From the NCBI RefSeq assembly GCF_006345805.1, contig NC_043001.1, positions 59,892,001-59,956,000 on the forward strand: a stretch of 64,000 nt of DNA, written 5' to 3'. This document shows, in pieces, positions 10,609-24,853 of this stretch (within the stretch, counting starts at the first letter, position 1; every line of letters starts with the position of its first letter). The notes beneath the pieces are model-generated. The model saw only the letters and a program-made list of their open reading frames with translations, was not told the DNA's origin and made no database searches. This DNA comes from Octopus sinensis. Taxonomy: Eukaryota. The position numbers and the translations under genes are program-made.

Positions 10609-13600
10609 CTTATATATGTATATAATACTTATATAGATCTTTTTATTCTCTTACATGTCTTGGCCCAAAGGAGTGGCCATGCTGGGGCACCACCAGTGTA
10701 ATCACCGTTTCAATGGTCAAATTTACGCCATTGGCTTTCACTGAAAGACGGAGTTCGACACCACTGCCCGCTTTTGATTCCTTTGCTTTGATAATGTTTA
10801 AATATATTGTAGCTGGGATCATGCAGAAACTTTAATGAAAATATGATTACGGAAAATGAATATATTATACACTAAATAAATGCAATAAGCGTTATAATCC
10901 TTAAGGGTTTCTAAGCAGTGCATGTACAATTCACTATGATATAATATACACAGATTGTAGAAAGACTCTTGGGTTTGAGGAACACACTAGTTCAGTTTGT
11001 AGGTATAACAAAATGATGATCACTTGTAATTTTGTAGGAAATCTTCATAATGCACACAAATCTGTTCACGAGGAAATAGAAACATAAATGTGTAATCAAG
11101 CAAAATCGGTAATATTAGTAGGAATGTGTGTGCATTAATGAATGATTATGCCTATTTATGTCTTCGTTGTACGTATGTAAGAAAATATACACACATACGC
11201 AGACACACAAACACACACACAGTCACTGGATTGCACACAGACAAACACATATACAAACACACACACACTCTCACACATATTGATACCGGAATTTATGGAA
11301 ATTTCACGAAAGCTTAGATGTTACAATGCCTAATTTGAAGCAATCAGGAGGAATCTCGAATAAACGAAATAACATATAATAAAATGAAGATGGTATATAA
11401 TTTTCAAATTCCCCATTTGCAGAATTGCTGGCTATGATATTAATCTTAAACACTTATTTTTATACTCCTGTATTTATACTTGTCGTATCATTTCCAGTAT
11501 TAGCATTATAAATTTTTGAGAGAATACGCATGATTGCCTATGGGGATTTCAGTATTTCCTTGTACATTGTTAGTCAATATTTCGCCAATAATAATTCTGT
11601 TTTTCTCTGTCCCTGGTTCCATAATTCTGTAGCAGTTACCTCAAAACGGGCATTTTTCTTTGTTATCATTTCACTTTCAAATTTGAAGTATCAATATTGT
11701 CTTATACATCTTTCAAAACGTTATTGAACCTATTATACGCATTTCAGTTATGATGGGAATTATTTAGGACTACATAATTGAAATCAGCATATCGAATGTT
11801 GACCTTCACTTAAGAAAAAAATACATGACATGTTTTGTGTGCCTTATATGATTTAATTTCATATTGGTAAAAAAAGATGCCACATTTTACATTATTTCGG
11901 CAGCTTAATGTCTTGTTCATAGTAATCCTGAGAGTCACAGGGAAAATGGTATTCCCGAAGCTAGGTGTAGCAGAAAGTAATCTAGGAGTTTTCTCGAACC
12001 ATAACCAAGTTTTCGGAGGTCTTTCTCATATGCGTAAATTTATACAAAAACCTACATAGTAAGGAGGTGGTAACATATAAGAACATTGATTTAAAGCATC
12101 ATCTAAATTAATGATAGACGTTATTAGCAAGAGAAATTTCATTATCTGAACGTGTAATGTGTTCAAGAAAGACAAGAAACAACTCTAGAAACTTAAATAC
12201 TAATATAAAACAATGCATAGTAATTAAAGATTATATGGCGCAAGAAATAAGGAGTTTATTTTATTTTGGCAATATTCTATACTCGCTTCGGGCTTTGTCG
12301 GCTATCTAAACGAAGAATAGCTTTACAAGTGCTAGCCAGACTTTAGACGACAATGATATAATTATTGTTAAAAACAAAAATAACATATGACAATTTGAAG
12401 GAATGAATGAGGCGAAATAGAGATGTCTTCTACGTCAAAAACAAAGAGTTAATTCAAAAATTTTATTTTTCTGTGATGTCAAAATTAATGCCGTGTGCTC
12501 ACCTATTTTAATTTTGTTTTAATTACATGTTTAATGTATTAATTAGTAAATTGAAATATCAATTTCACGTAATGTTTAAGAATGTGCATGTAATGAGTAT
12601 CAATATTGAACTTAAGTTTTATAGAACCACTTTAACCCATATTTCGGCATATCATGCTGTGCTTTGTAGAATCGCGATATGGCTTAGAAAGCAGTATAAG
12701 TTATGGCCAAGGTAGTCAGACCATTGGATAGACTGTACTGTGCAAAAGAATCTGGAACAATAACAATTGAGAAAAGGACCAAAACAAGTGTAAACAGAGC
12801 TGGTGCTCTTATCGACCCTCTTGTAGGGCTCAGAGTTGTATATTATCTATTGGCTCCGCCTACAATTCTTGAGTGATTTCGTGTGCGCTGCATTCCTATC
12901 ATCTTCAGCATCCAGTTGGGTGACTCTGTCAATTAACGTTGAGATCTTAGAACAGGTGAAAGGTACTAGCATCAAATCAATTCTGAAGATACAGCTACAC
13001 TGAGCATGTTATGTCACCAGGATGGACAATTATCGATTTCTAGAATTATGTTGTATAGCAAACACATAGACTATTTCAGACATGCATGGGGGCTTTACAG
13101 CAAAGGACAAGCAGTGATGTCATACATTTGGGACACAAACGTTTGGCACGAATAAAGAACTATGAATGTTTCGCGTTTGCTTTGTGAACGTCAAGATGAT
13201 AGAACAAAATAGTCGAAGTGGATGTATGCAAATATCATACCAGGGTATAAATATAGCATATCATTTGTTGCAGGAAATTTGAGTAACCTGCTCTCTACTT
13301 ATATCCAGGAATATTTCTAACTTCTATAACACTTCGTAATAAGTCAATTACACTGCCGCTGATGATTATGAAATTAATAACTGTGACATTCATGAAGTTG
13401 AATATATTGGTGGTTATGAAAATGACAATGATGATAATTATTTTTCCATAATAGCAGTACTGAGAACGGTAATATGTGAATGTTCATATAATCGTAGATA
13501 ATATAATCATGTTATTTTCCAAAGTTTGTAATTATATTTTGCCATTTTAGAAAGCATTATCGCTAAAATTTCGGCGCAATTTGATTGAAGCAGTACGAAA

Positions 13601-14294
13601 AAGACATCCATAGTTGGGCATCTACAAATAGTCACTTATTTGATTATTAAATAGTCACTCATTTGATTATTGATCGTTTCACTGATTTTACACATTATTA
13701 ATAAAAAGATAATTGTTACTGTGCTGCTCTCAGCTTGGCACATCGAATGTTGTTACAGGTAGTAAGTACATTTACCCACTTATCCATAGATATTATTTGA
13801 GTGAAAAGTTCGTTGGTCACAGAATCAAATTAATGCAGTAAAGCATTATCATATAATTGAAATTAACTCACTGGAATCGGCTATTAAAAGTTGCATTTCG
13901 AGATAATAACTTGAAAGTTATAACCTGTAAATGATTTATGTATTTACAGGTTATGATGCTCCTGGATTAGAACTACCAAAAATTGTAACTTTAAATAATT
14001 GTAGTTCCATGAATGCTTGTAAGAACATCACTATCCTAACTAATGCTGTGCATTTCGTCCATGTCATAAACTGAAGTGCGTGTAATAGTCTTTGTATCTA
14101 TCTGTCTTTCTTTCTGCCTCTCTCTCTCCTCATATATATACGTGTGTTTGTACGTGTGTGAATATATATACTGAAGTCACAAATTATGTATTCGAGTAAT
14201 TCGATAGAACTCATAATAAAGCTGGTTAATTTACCATTCTAGAAAATATATAGAATATATAGTACGACAGAAGTTAGAACGATAAGGAATGCAT

Positions 14295-14672
14295 AAAATC
14301 CTAAGTGACAAAGAAATAGATTTATGAAATTTTATTTGACAATAAATTCTGATATCACAACAAATGTTTCGTAATTTGACAAACATGTAAATAATTTATA
14401 TTATCACATCTAATAATGAATAAATTACTTACATGCCTGCATTAATCCAAAATACAAACATCCTTCAAAATGATGCAGAATTTAAGCTACGTCGTCACGT
14501 GAAAGAAGGTATGTGTTAAATAGTAGACTTTTTTGCATTTTGCATTAATGCAGGCATGTTAGTAATTTATTTAATTTTTTTTAAATTACGAAACAATTTG
14601 TCGTGATATTAGAATTTTCTGATGTTAAATAAAATTTCATCAACCTATTTCTTTGTCATTTATGATTTTATA
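14295..14672. repeat. Diverged inverted repeat with arms of about 130-150 bp
   Basis: taaaatcctaagtgacaaagaaatag...tacatgcctgcattaat versus attaatgcaggcatg...ctatttctttgtcatttatgatttta. Confidence 0.7.
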
Positions 14673-14718
14673 TGGTGTTGGCGATTTCTTTGCCTTCTAT
14701 GGATTTTTCTCTTTCCCC

Positions 14719-14751
14719 TTTCTGATGAAAAGCTATGCTCGAAAAGTCAAA
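14719..14751 (+). ncRNA. Degenerate minimal hammerhead motif
   Basis: TTT CTGATGA aAAGC tat GCTC GAAA a GTC AAA. Related to 15421, 42605 and 43880. Confidence 0.5.
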
Positions 14752-14854
14752 TTCTCTCTTTTGAACGAGCGTCAAGCTAATACATTCCTGGTGCACATCC
14801 TCTTGTTGTCCGTTAATTTTATTCGTTTACTTGAACCGATCGTTTATTTGAATT

Positions 14855-14899
<45 letters not shown>

Positions 14900-15420
14900 A
14901 TATATATATATATATATATATGGATCAAAACGGTTAAACTATTTTGGTTCATCCATGTAACTCCAAATAAATGTGTTGAGTGTCCTACTTTCGTTTGTCT
15001 ACTCAAGGATAGGTTTGGGTCACTGATGATCTAAACCATCAATAGGTACGCTACTTAAGCGCTGCACGTGGTAATTCGTTAGGATCCAAGTTCACAACGG
15101 AGGCTGGAGCTGGGAATCTCTAACAAACCTCCGAGTTAGCCTGTATAAATTAAAGGAAGAGGATAACAAAATAAGGCAGAACAGGCTTAGATCATTTAAA
15201 ATGTTTTAATTAATGTAGTTAATGTAATGGTGAACCGAAGAAAGGAAAAGGAAAAGTAAATGTCAATGTACTTTTAATTTTCCTTACTTCAATTTACCTT
15301 TACATTAATTACATTCATATATGTGTATATACATATATACATATATATACATATATGTGTATATATATATCCCTGTTGCCCACTCTGGGATCTTTCTTTC
15401 CTCTCTCTTCCTTCTTTATG

Positions 15421-15452
15421 TTTCCGACGAAGAGCTCCGCTCGAAACGTCAT
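15421..15452 (+). ncRNA. Minimal hammerhead-like motif (CCGACGA core)
   Basis: TTT CCGACGA a GAGC tcc GCTC GAAA CG TC; helix I is weak. Same family on the minus strand at 43880-43912. Confidence 0.45.
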
Positions 15453-15542
15453 ACCTCCCTGCTTCCATTTCCTGAGCGCCTATTAATAATAATACTGTAA
15501 TTGTTCCTGTTGTTGTTGTTTTTTTTGTTTCCCGTTTGGATT

Positions 15543-15576
<34 letters not shown>

Positions 15577-15580
<4 letters not shown>

Positions 15581-15627
15581 AAACAAGTGGTAGTAGTGGT
15601 AGCAGCAGCAGCAGTAGCAGCAGCAGC

Positions 15628-15667
<40 letters not shown>

Positions 15668-15787
15668 ATGGTACATATATACATATATATACATATATGT
15701 GTATATACATATATACATATATATATATAAATATATATAAACAAACAAGTGGTAGTAGTGGTAGCAGCAGCAGTAGCAGCAGTAGTA

Positions 15788-15820
<33 letters not shown>

Positions 15821-15833
15821 CAGTAGTTGTAGT

Positions 15834-15892
<59 letters not shown>

Positions 15893-15923
15893 CAGTTGTA
15901 GTAGCAGCAGCAGCAGCAGCATC

Positions 15924-15972
<49 letters not shown>

Positions 15973-15978
15973 ATGGTA
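15577..15978. repeat. Duplicated compound (TAG)n/(CAG)n microsatellite
   Basis: aaacaaacaagtggtagtagtggtagcagcag...agtaatggta occurs at 15577-15673 and, expanded, at 15738-15978. Confidence 0.85.
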
Positions 15979-16759
15979 GCAGAAGTTGTAAATAGTGTAC
16001 CATGTAGTAAACAGTAAACGTTTACAGTTGTTACATAGAGAAACACAATTTTAATTACATAAGTTAGTTTAAAATTTATCAAATGAGCATGTAAAATATT
16101 ATACACAGAACTATCTACAGAATCGAATCTGGTATCCGTTTTGATACAGAAATGAGAACTCAAATAATTAGTAGAAAAAGATAACCTGAGAGGATCTTTT
16201 TATAGTTGAGGTTAAACTGTCACTGTTAGTTTGTATTAGAAAGTTCACACTTTGGTGTGAATGTTAGTTAGCTCTAAATAATCACACTTGATTAAAATGT
16301 TTTAACTACCTCAGTGAACTGAACAATAACCTCCATCCTCACTAAAAACAGTAGGTTAGATCTTCTAAATAGTGTTCAAATAACTTCAACACCAATTTAA
16401 CCCCAGTTATACTGTGAACTATAACACAACACCAACTTTGAAAATCAAATCGTTCTATAGTGTCATTCATCAGAAATCACCCTAAAAATTCCCAGTAAAC
16501 AATATGAAAGCAAATGAAATCACATCTACTACAGTTCGATGAAGGCTTGGAATCCGAAACTTTGAAGTTTGTAAATATATTTTATATTATTTGTGTTTAT
16601 GTACATGCTTAAATTGTCGTTGACTGAAACAAAACAAGCACTAGGCTAGCTTGTTAATAAAAAAATTTAGAAGACTAAAAGTATAATTTGCCAAAAGTTC
16701 AGAGGAATCTAATATAGGTTCAACTATTTTCTATCATTAATGCATAAAGATATAAAAAT

Positions 16760-16815
16760 TACAGGTGATAATATCGAGCACACAATAGGTGCAATGCTCG
16801 ATATTATCACCTGTA
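16760..16815. repeat. Perfect 21-bp hairpin with 14-nt loop
   Basis: TACAGGTGATAATATCGAGCA cacaataggtgcaa TGCTCGATATTATCACCTGTA. Confidence 0.9.
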
Positions 16816-17244
16816 TAGATGGAGCACCATTTCTAGTAAGAATATCCATCTGCAGATTAGAAAACGCCAATTACAAGCAGACCATGAAAGGTAAAATTAT
16901 GATAGATTCTCCAGTATCGTAAATTAATCTCAATGCCGAATGTAAACTCGGTAGAATTTTACTAAGAGAACTCCTCTCTGAAATAATCCAATGCGTAGGG
17001 GGTATGCAATTTTTATATGGTTCGCGTGAAATTAGGTTTGCCTGAATATGTAGGTTGTTCAATACAATCTTAAATCTCATTTATAATGTTTTGTAGAGTA
17101 GAATTGGCATTATTTCACGAACAATAATTTTTATATTTACGGTTCTCATAATATTGTACCGGTACACACACGCTTATACACATATATATACACAATTAAA
17201 AACACATGAACATAGATATATACCCTACAGTCTCAGGTATTCAT

Positions 17245-17370
17245 AGTGCACATCAGAGCAAGACAGCGGAACAGGGGCAACCTTAGAATCTCTGTGGCCA
17301 TCCTCATACATCAAAGAAAACCAAATATCAACAAAAGAAGAAAGTTACAGGAAGCTAGCTGGTTGCTATA
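17245..17370 (+). pseudogene. Penelope-like GIY-YIG endonuclease C-terminal relic
   Basis: VHIRARQRNRGNLRISVAILIHQRKPNINKRRK resembles the PLE endonuclease tail (R..EA..I....P.LN). Confidence 0.5.
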
Positions 17371-17446
17371 GCAACACCTTTCCGCGCATGTCCACTCGAC
17401 ACACGCTCACACACACGCACATCGGCAACAGTTATGCACCAACCCA

Positions 17447-17483
<37 letters not shown>

Positions 17484-19150
17484 AGTGTATCTGTATGTGT
17501 GTGCGTGTGTGTGTGCGTGTGTGTATGACTGTATGTGTATATATATATATATATATATATGAAGAGAGAAATAGAGAGAGAATGCAAATTATACAGTAGG
17601 TAGACACTTATACGCGCCTGCACGCATTTGTACCGGTGTACGTGTACACAGATTTATGTGAAAATTCGTTACTTTCACCGAATTTATATAACCATTCAAT
17701 TATCTACATTTATATGAAGGTTAGAGGATGTGAGTATAGATATATTTTGATTCTAGACATACTGTAGAGATACTTCCTCACAACATCCTAAATAATACAG
17801 ACGCACTCACCCACACATATATTCTAATCTTGAAATACAACCCATTCTCCTTATATTTTGCCCTCATATTTACAAATAAACTGATTTAGTATGTGCTTAA
17901 CATCACGAAAGTACAGCGTAAACGAATTTAATCATACAACGCATTAAAGATATACACTCAATGATCTAAATCATTCTGAAGATTAACATGTTTCAATGTA
18001 TATAAGAAAATAAAATACATTTGGATGCGCTTCAATTTGATTATTTGCTTATACACTCAAAAATGCTCTCGGACACACAAAAACACGCAGGCACACAAAC
18101 ACACACACGCATGCACACACAAACACACACAAACACACCTAGACGCACAAACGTAAACTGATACACACGCACACTCATATTTTTCTATCTAACTATATAA
18201 TGTGTGCAACCTTGTATATATTATTACATATATGAGTTTAATTGTACACCACTCTACGTTTCTTTATTTACGTTATACAGGGAAACAAAAATCACATTGC
18301 ATTCACACAAACACACGTACACATACATACATGTATATGAAGTACACATTCATAGAAGTGTTGCTGAAAATAATTGTCCCATGTGTAACAATACTTCTAT
18401 CCAATTTTCGACTGCAAATGTTGGAAAGTGTGAAAATAACGGAAGCATTCAATTAGATAGAATGAGAACAAAATTATAATCCTGGATATCAGAATACTTA
18501 AATAATTGCCTTGAGATAGAATAGTAGTGGATGTAGAGTTACTATAACATTATATCTTGGAATTTTCTTCTTTTGAATGCTAAAGCAATTTCAATTTCTG
18601 TATTTTTAAGCATATGACTTGCCAAAGATAATTCCTGTAGATTCCCCTGAATATGAGAATAATTCTAAAGCCCTCTTAAGCATAATGCGTATATATGTAT
18701 GTGTGTGTATGTCTCTGTTTGTTTCTCAGTGTACGTCTGTGTCTGAGTGTGAACGTGTGTATGTGTGCGCGTGCGCGTATGTGTCCATTAACTGTTGCAG
18801 AACCATTAAATTCATTGTCATTTTTTCAAAATATATTTTTGTACATGTTAATATTGTTGTTACTTCTACTCCTGCATGCATATCAAATTTAACATTTCCG
18901 AAGTGTATAGCTGTAAAAGAAAAATGCGGCCGCTAAACTGCGTACGTCATTCGAATATTTCGCATCGTAACTAAGATGGCTATATATCTGTAAACCTTAC
19001 GGAATATCTCTTCAGCATTTTGTGTTCAAGATTATGTATCATTGTTATGTCTAAACCAGAGAATAATATTCAGGAGCACAAGAAATAATACAAAAAATAG
19101 ATTGTCAGTATCTTATTTAGTGCTAGTTTGTAATACGATTTAATATTGCT

Positions 19151-19355
19151 TTGAAATGTTGGCACAAGGCATTTCGGCAGAGCAGGTAAGTCGATTACGT
19201 CTATTCTAGTGTTTAACTAGTATTTATTTTATCGAATACGAAGGGATGAAAAGAAGAGCTGGTCTCGGAAGAATTTGAATTCAGAAGGTAAAGACTGACG
19301 AAATGTCGCTAGGCATCTCGTCCAGCATATTTTCGATTCTGCCAGCTCGCTGCCT
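19151..19355 (-). mobile_element. tRNA-derived SINE (gcctttcatcc...gtcgataaa...agtaccag core family)
   Basis: Reverse complement matches the copies at 39775-39960 and 50420-50625. Confidence 0.75.
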
Positions 19356-19960
19356 CAGCACTACTTAATATTGGTGGATTTTGTAGCGTAGGCCTTGTAG
19401 CGACTAAGCTTATGAAAAACGCTATGCGTACTTTGCGTTCTAATTTTGTGGGTTTATTTGTCGTGCAAGGAATTTGAGCTGAGCCCCATGCAGATGCTTC
19501 ATTTCCCAGTGAGGCTACTGCATCGAACGAGGACTCTTCTTATCATTTAATAGCTCACACATCGCTATATTTACTTTGAATATACATATATAATTTTTAT
19601 TACATGTCTAAATATTCATCGTACATATGCGACATGGTCAATGATACTTCTAATCCAACTACTTGAAAGTCTCATTCCTTTATAGTTTATTCTTTATCTA
19701 TTTTATATCTTTCCTCGCGGTTGAACTTAAAGACATGTTGTAATGTTGTAGATAGAATATGACAACAAAATTTGCTTTCGCCATTCGTCCATAAACGAAA
19801 AACAATACCAGTAGAAGTTTAAATAAATGCTTTGTTATTGTATCTGCTTAGCTAGATTCTTTATGTGAATTCGTGTGTTGAAATGGATTTTGTTGTGATT
19901 GGGGAAAGTTATACTACCTTAATATCAAACACATTCACCGGTTCAATTACCTTATTATTT

Positions 19961-20460
19961 ACTAGCAGTATAACACGGCTTTGCCCGGGATTAAGTTAGA
20001 ATTATTAAGCTAATCAAGTTCCTTATTTCAAACCAAGCTAAGTAACATCGACATCAAATGTGAGCGAAATCCGTTGGAATTGGTTTATATAATATATATA
20101 TATATTATATATATATATATGGGCAGCACATACACACACATATACACACGTACGTACGTACACCAATTTCATACCTGTTTTTTGTACGCATACATGTTCG
20201 TGTGTGTGTGTGAGTGTGTATGGGTTGCCCGTATATCAACAAAACACTTTTTTTCCTCCGTGGAAGGGGACTTAACTCCTATTTGCAAACAATGTTGATT
20301 TCTCCGACTTGAAAATTGTTAAAAGTTTTGGTTGAAAATTTATTTTTTCTGCTATTCGCTGGTGCCTCTGGGGAAAATACGTTCATGAAAGCACAGCTAG
20401 TATCATAACGAATGTCCTCCTAAATTTGGAGCGACATGCGTGCTAATTTGTGGAAGTGCA
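19961..20460 (-). mobile_element. Non-autonomous Helitron-like element (3' hairpin plus CTAG terminus at 19962)
   Basis: Reverse complement tcccgggcaaagccgtgttatactgCTAGT resembles the termini at 31784 and 42159. The 5' extent is uncertain. Confidence 0.45.
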
Positions 20461-20476
20461 TAAATTACATTCACGT

Positions 20477-20513
<37 letters not shown>

Positions 20514-21329
20514 TTTTCCTTCCCAAAATATTCATTGCTTATGCAACGTTGTCAATGGATGTTGATCCTATCCGTTTTTGGAGCAGCGTTCCTTTTGCTT
20601 ATTTGTGCGCACGTGTGTGCGCCAGCGTGCACGTGTGCTTGTCTATGCACATACGTATGTATGCATGTATGTATGCATGCCTACATGCATGTATGTGTAT
20701 ATATGCAAGTATGTACGTATGCGTGCGTGTACGTATATATGTATTCTGCATATTCATATGTTTGTGTGTGTGTGTGTGTGTGTGCGGGCACGTGTGTTAG
20801 TGTATGTGTGTATGTGCGTATGGGCATGTGCGTATGTGTATGTATGTATTTCTGTGTATACCTGTTTCCTTGTATGTGCATGTTTGATTGTGTCTATATG
20901 TATGAGTTTTTATGACTTGGTACGTGTGTCTGTTATGGATAGATGTGTGTCTCTGTCTTTGTGTGTATGCGTGTGTGTGGAGTGTGCGTGTGTATGTATA
21001 TGGACATGTTTTTTGTCTCCTTTCGTGTGTGTGTTTGTATATGCATGTGTGTCCGTGTGTTTGTGTTTTTGTGGGTGTGTGGGTGTCTGTCCGTATTACC
21101 TTTGTACCTATCTATCTACTTATGTATCTATCTGTTTAGTCCCTATCAAACTAGATTTTGCTTAAGTAGGAATTCAACATTGTACTATATGCGAACAGGA
21201 TCTTAATAGCTTCTTCGTATATTGAACTGTGATCAATTACCAGGTTACATGAAAATAAATTACGTTACAAGGATACTAGTCGAATTACTCCTTTAGGCAT
21301 TTTAATTTTTACCAAATGACTAAAAGTTG

Positions 21330-22570
21330 CTATTTTAAAGGTTTTTAGATGTGTATTTCAGTCTAGCCTTCTTAGAGAGAATCCTTTGGCGACAGATGTT
21401 GGTCAAGCTAGTATTGATGGTGGACTCTAGTTGGTGAGATTTGTTGCTGTGAACATTTTCGTATAGTGTGGGGTCACTGAAGTGGTCGATAGTTAGTTTG
21501 TCGTGGGTGGGTTTGTCTATAATGCAGAATTCTTTCCCTTTGTCTCAAGGTAGGTAAATGAGGTTTTTGTTTTTTAAGTTTTGGGAGGTTAGGAATTGGG
21601 ATTTAGTAAGGTTGGGTGATGAGGAAGTGCATGATGAGGAAGTTAAGTATGGATTGTTTGATTCTAGCTAGTTTGGTGTTGAAATCAGCATTGTGAGGGA
21701 GATGGTGGAGTGGGTTATCGATGTGATAAATGGGGAATCTAAGTGTAGGGGAGGAGGGAGAGGAGGTGTTAGACGAAGAAGAAAAATATGACGATGATGA
21801 TGAAGACTGTGAAGATGACGATGAGGGAGATGTAAGGGCGATGGAGGGGAGGAGGAGGTAGGAGGTAAAAGGGTAGATGATGACGATGACGCTGAAGAAG
21901 ACGGTAAAGATGTTGATGGAGAAGAAGATGTAGATGATGGTGAGGGTATTATCGGCGATGATATCGATACTGAAGATATTGGTAGCGATGACAATGAAGA
22001 CGTAGATGATGTGGGAGGAGGGGGTTTACTGCCCTTAAACATTATACGAAAAGAATGTTTTTAATCCTAACCTGTCTGAGATGTTTCGAATGAAGCCAAA
22101 CTTTTTCAGACAATCATTCATCGTCAGAAAAATTTCTTAGGTGTTATTGTACAACGCAATCCATCCGGCCTTCAGCTGTGTACTCCGTAAAAGTCGTCCA
22201 AATTTTGTTCATTTACTTTGTGGTCTCTGCAATCGATGCAGCTACTTTTTATAGACAGACAACTAGAAATTAAAAACATTATTTGACGAATGTGGTGTTC
22301 AGTAATTGGTAATGAGCACTGGAGTGCACAACAAATGACAATTTCTTTAAAATTTACACACTATCGAATGATAACAGAAAGAACGATACAGCAAAGAAAT
22401 TCAAATGAAACACTGAAAGACAAACATTTCAATTGATAACCTCTAAAGATATGAAGCCGTCAAAAGGAATTTTGCTCAGAGTTGTAAGGCCCAGGGCGAT
22501 GGATGGCGGATGGGAAAATGTTGTGCCATTGGATATCTATTTCTACACCATACTCTGATTCTAAATTCAA
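21330..22570 (-). mobile_element. Penelope-like element relic: pLTR (endonuclease tail plus HHR), Ser/Pro-rich N-terminus and RT N-terminal region
   Basis: Minus strand: EIDIQWHNI...PGPYN (endonuclease tail, about 22480-22560), HHR 22075-22130, ORF 21668-22042, then KNLIYLP*DKGKEFCIIDK...HFSDPTLY (PLE DKG motif, about 21460-21575). Confidence 0.7.
22075..22130 (-). ncRNA. Minimal hammerhead ribozyme upstream of a PLE ORF
   Basis: Reverse complement: TTT CTGACGA t GAATGA...TCATTC GAAA CATC TC AGA (helix III probably CATG originally). Confidence 0.6.
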
Positions 22571-22614
22571 TGGCAAATCAAAGGGTACAGCTGAGAGTAA
22601 GCAGCAATTCTACA

Positions 22615-22925
22615 TGGTTTGCGTGTCTTCTACTATAACCTCGGGTAGACCAAAGCCTTGTGAGTGGATTTGGTAAACAGAAACTGAAAGAAACCCGTCG
22701 TATATGTATATGTATATATCTACGTGTGTGTTGGTATGTCTGTGTTTGTCTCCCCTCACCATTTGACAACCAGTGTTGGTGTGTTTACGTCCTCGTAACT
22801 TAGCAGTTCGCCAAAAGAGTCATAGAATAAGTACTAGGCTTGAGAAATAAATCCTAGTGTCGATTTGTTCGACTAAAACCCCGTCAAGACGGTTCCCTAG
22901 AATGGCCGAAGTCAAATGACTGCAA
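22615..22925 (+). mobile_element. SINE, same family as 2288-2792
   Basis: gtgtcttctactataacctcggg..accaaagccttgtgagtggatttggta...tagaataagtactaggctt. Confidence 0.75.
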
Positions 22926-24572
22926 AAAAAAAAAAAAAATGAAAACCAAATTTGTTTGCCAAATACTTTTGTAAACGTCGACGAAAACTGGTAGCTGAAC
23001 AAGATTGTGATCTTTTTGTATATTTTCTAATTCGAAACTAAACATTAATATTTTTCTATTGGATTATTGATGGACTGTTATATAAGAGACGTTTGCTTTG
23101 TGAACACAGTTATTCGGTTGGCAATGAAAATACTTTATATTTTGAACAAGCATTTTATTTTGTCCGTCAAGGGATCCCATATATAATCCGTCTATCTTCA
23201 CTTAGGAACTTCAATATTGTGCAAATTCTCATGGATCCATTATCAGCGATTGCGTGAGCAATTGATTGTGAAGACTTTTCCGCATCAATAAAATCGTGTT
23301 ATACCCATGCATTTGGGTACAATAGCAATTCACTATTTTTGAATTAATGTACCCGTATGTATGTATGTATGTATGTATGTATGTATGTGTGTATGTATGT
23401 ATGTATGTATGTATGTATGCTTGAATGTATGCATATATAAACATACACACACACGTATATATAAACATACATTTATGTGTGTATGTATCAATATATGTTG
23501 ACATATATGCTTGGAATAATTATGTATATCCATACAATTTTACATACATTGTATCTATGTATATTTACAGATATTATATCTATGCATGTGGTCTATGCAT
23601 ATGTATTTGTTTGTATATACGTAAATATGTACGACCTATGTTTATATGTATCCTTGTATGTGCAAGTTCTAGTGGGTATGTGCTGCACTGATGAGTGCGA
23701 GATCGTGTGTTCGATTCCAGAACAGAGTGGCGTATAGTTTTCTTGAGCAAAATGCTTTATATCGCGTTGCTCACGTGCTGTGTGTGTGACCTAGAAAACC
23801 AAATAAGAGAACCAACTTTGCATATACATGTCGTAAGCGTCGACAAGAAGATGCTGTGATTTGATTTATTTTACGATCTCATAACATACTCGCCAGCAAC
23901 AACTACATAAACAGACCCATGGGTTGGAGGGTTATCAACTAGTGTCTTAGAAGTTTCAGCCAGCTATTGTCGGACTGCCTATGGTAGCTGGCAGAAGTCA
24001 CTGTCCAGAATATTCTTGTTTCAGAGTGATGGATATGTAAGCTACAAAAATATAGAATTTCCTTCCAGATTAATGTAAAATTGTTTTCATTATAACTGAA
24101 TATAAGCATTAATATATATATATATATATATATAAATAGATTGGTAGTATTCCAGAGGGAATAAAATGATATACAACAATGCGATCTTCTCATCAGGGAG
24201 AAAAAGAGAAATAAAGCACAGCAATAAGCCATTTTAACAGAATGTGATGCCTGAGTATATGATGAACGCTTCATCATACACGCAGTCATCATATTGTTTT
24301 ATATCACTTTATTCCCTCTGGAATAATAGTAATGCTTTCTTCGAAGCATACGTAGGAAGTATGAAATTTTGAATAACACATGCATTTAATTCCACTTCTT
24401 TATTTATCTGGCATACAAAAACATTTCACTAAACCCTGGAATTTCTACCTTTATAAGTAGGCCGTAACATCCTTGGTACTTATGTGAATTTTTTGCTACC
24501 CTGTTAACTAATTTTTTTTTTCATGTTATTTGTACACATTAAATCTACACATACATTAATATATATACATAT

Positions 24573-24706
<134 letters not shown>

Positions 24707-24808
24707 TAGATATAGATATAGATATTTTATTGACAATGCAGTAATTTATTTATATTTAGTTTGTTCATCCTTATTCCACAAGCAAGGGAGCTAATGTCTC
24801 CACTCAAT

Positions 24809-24853
24809 CTACGGACCATGGTGTCTTAGTTACTGCTCTTCATCAGTCTGTAG
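24809..24853 (-). ncRNA. Degenerate hammerhead-like motif
   Basis: Reverse complement: ctacaga CTGATGA agagcagtaactaa GACA CCATGG TC cgtag. Confidence 0.35.

Noticed and set aside
10700-14280. Long repeat-poor AT-rich stretch (also 26000-28450 and 54700-58300) as candidate exons or promoters
   Set aside because: No recognisable ORF, splice pattern or motif cluster can be supported from the sequence alone.
16530-16575. cgatgaaggcttggaatccgaaactttgaagtt, hammerhead-like
   Set aside because: Core and helix I are too degenerate to call.
21668-22042. Ser/Pro-rich ORF as a host gene exon
   Set aside because: It sits between an HHR and a PLE RT motif, so it is better explained as the PLE N-terminus.
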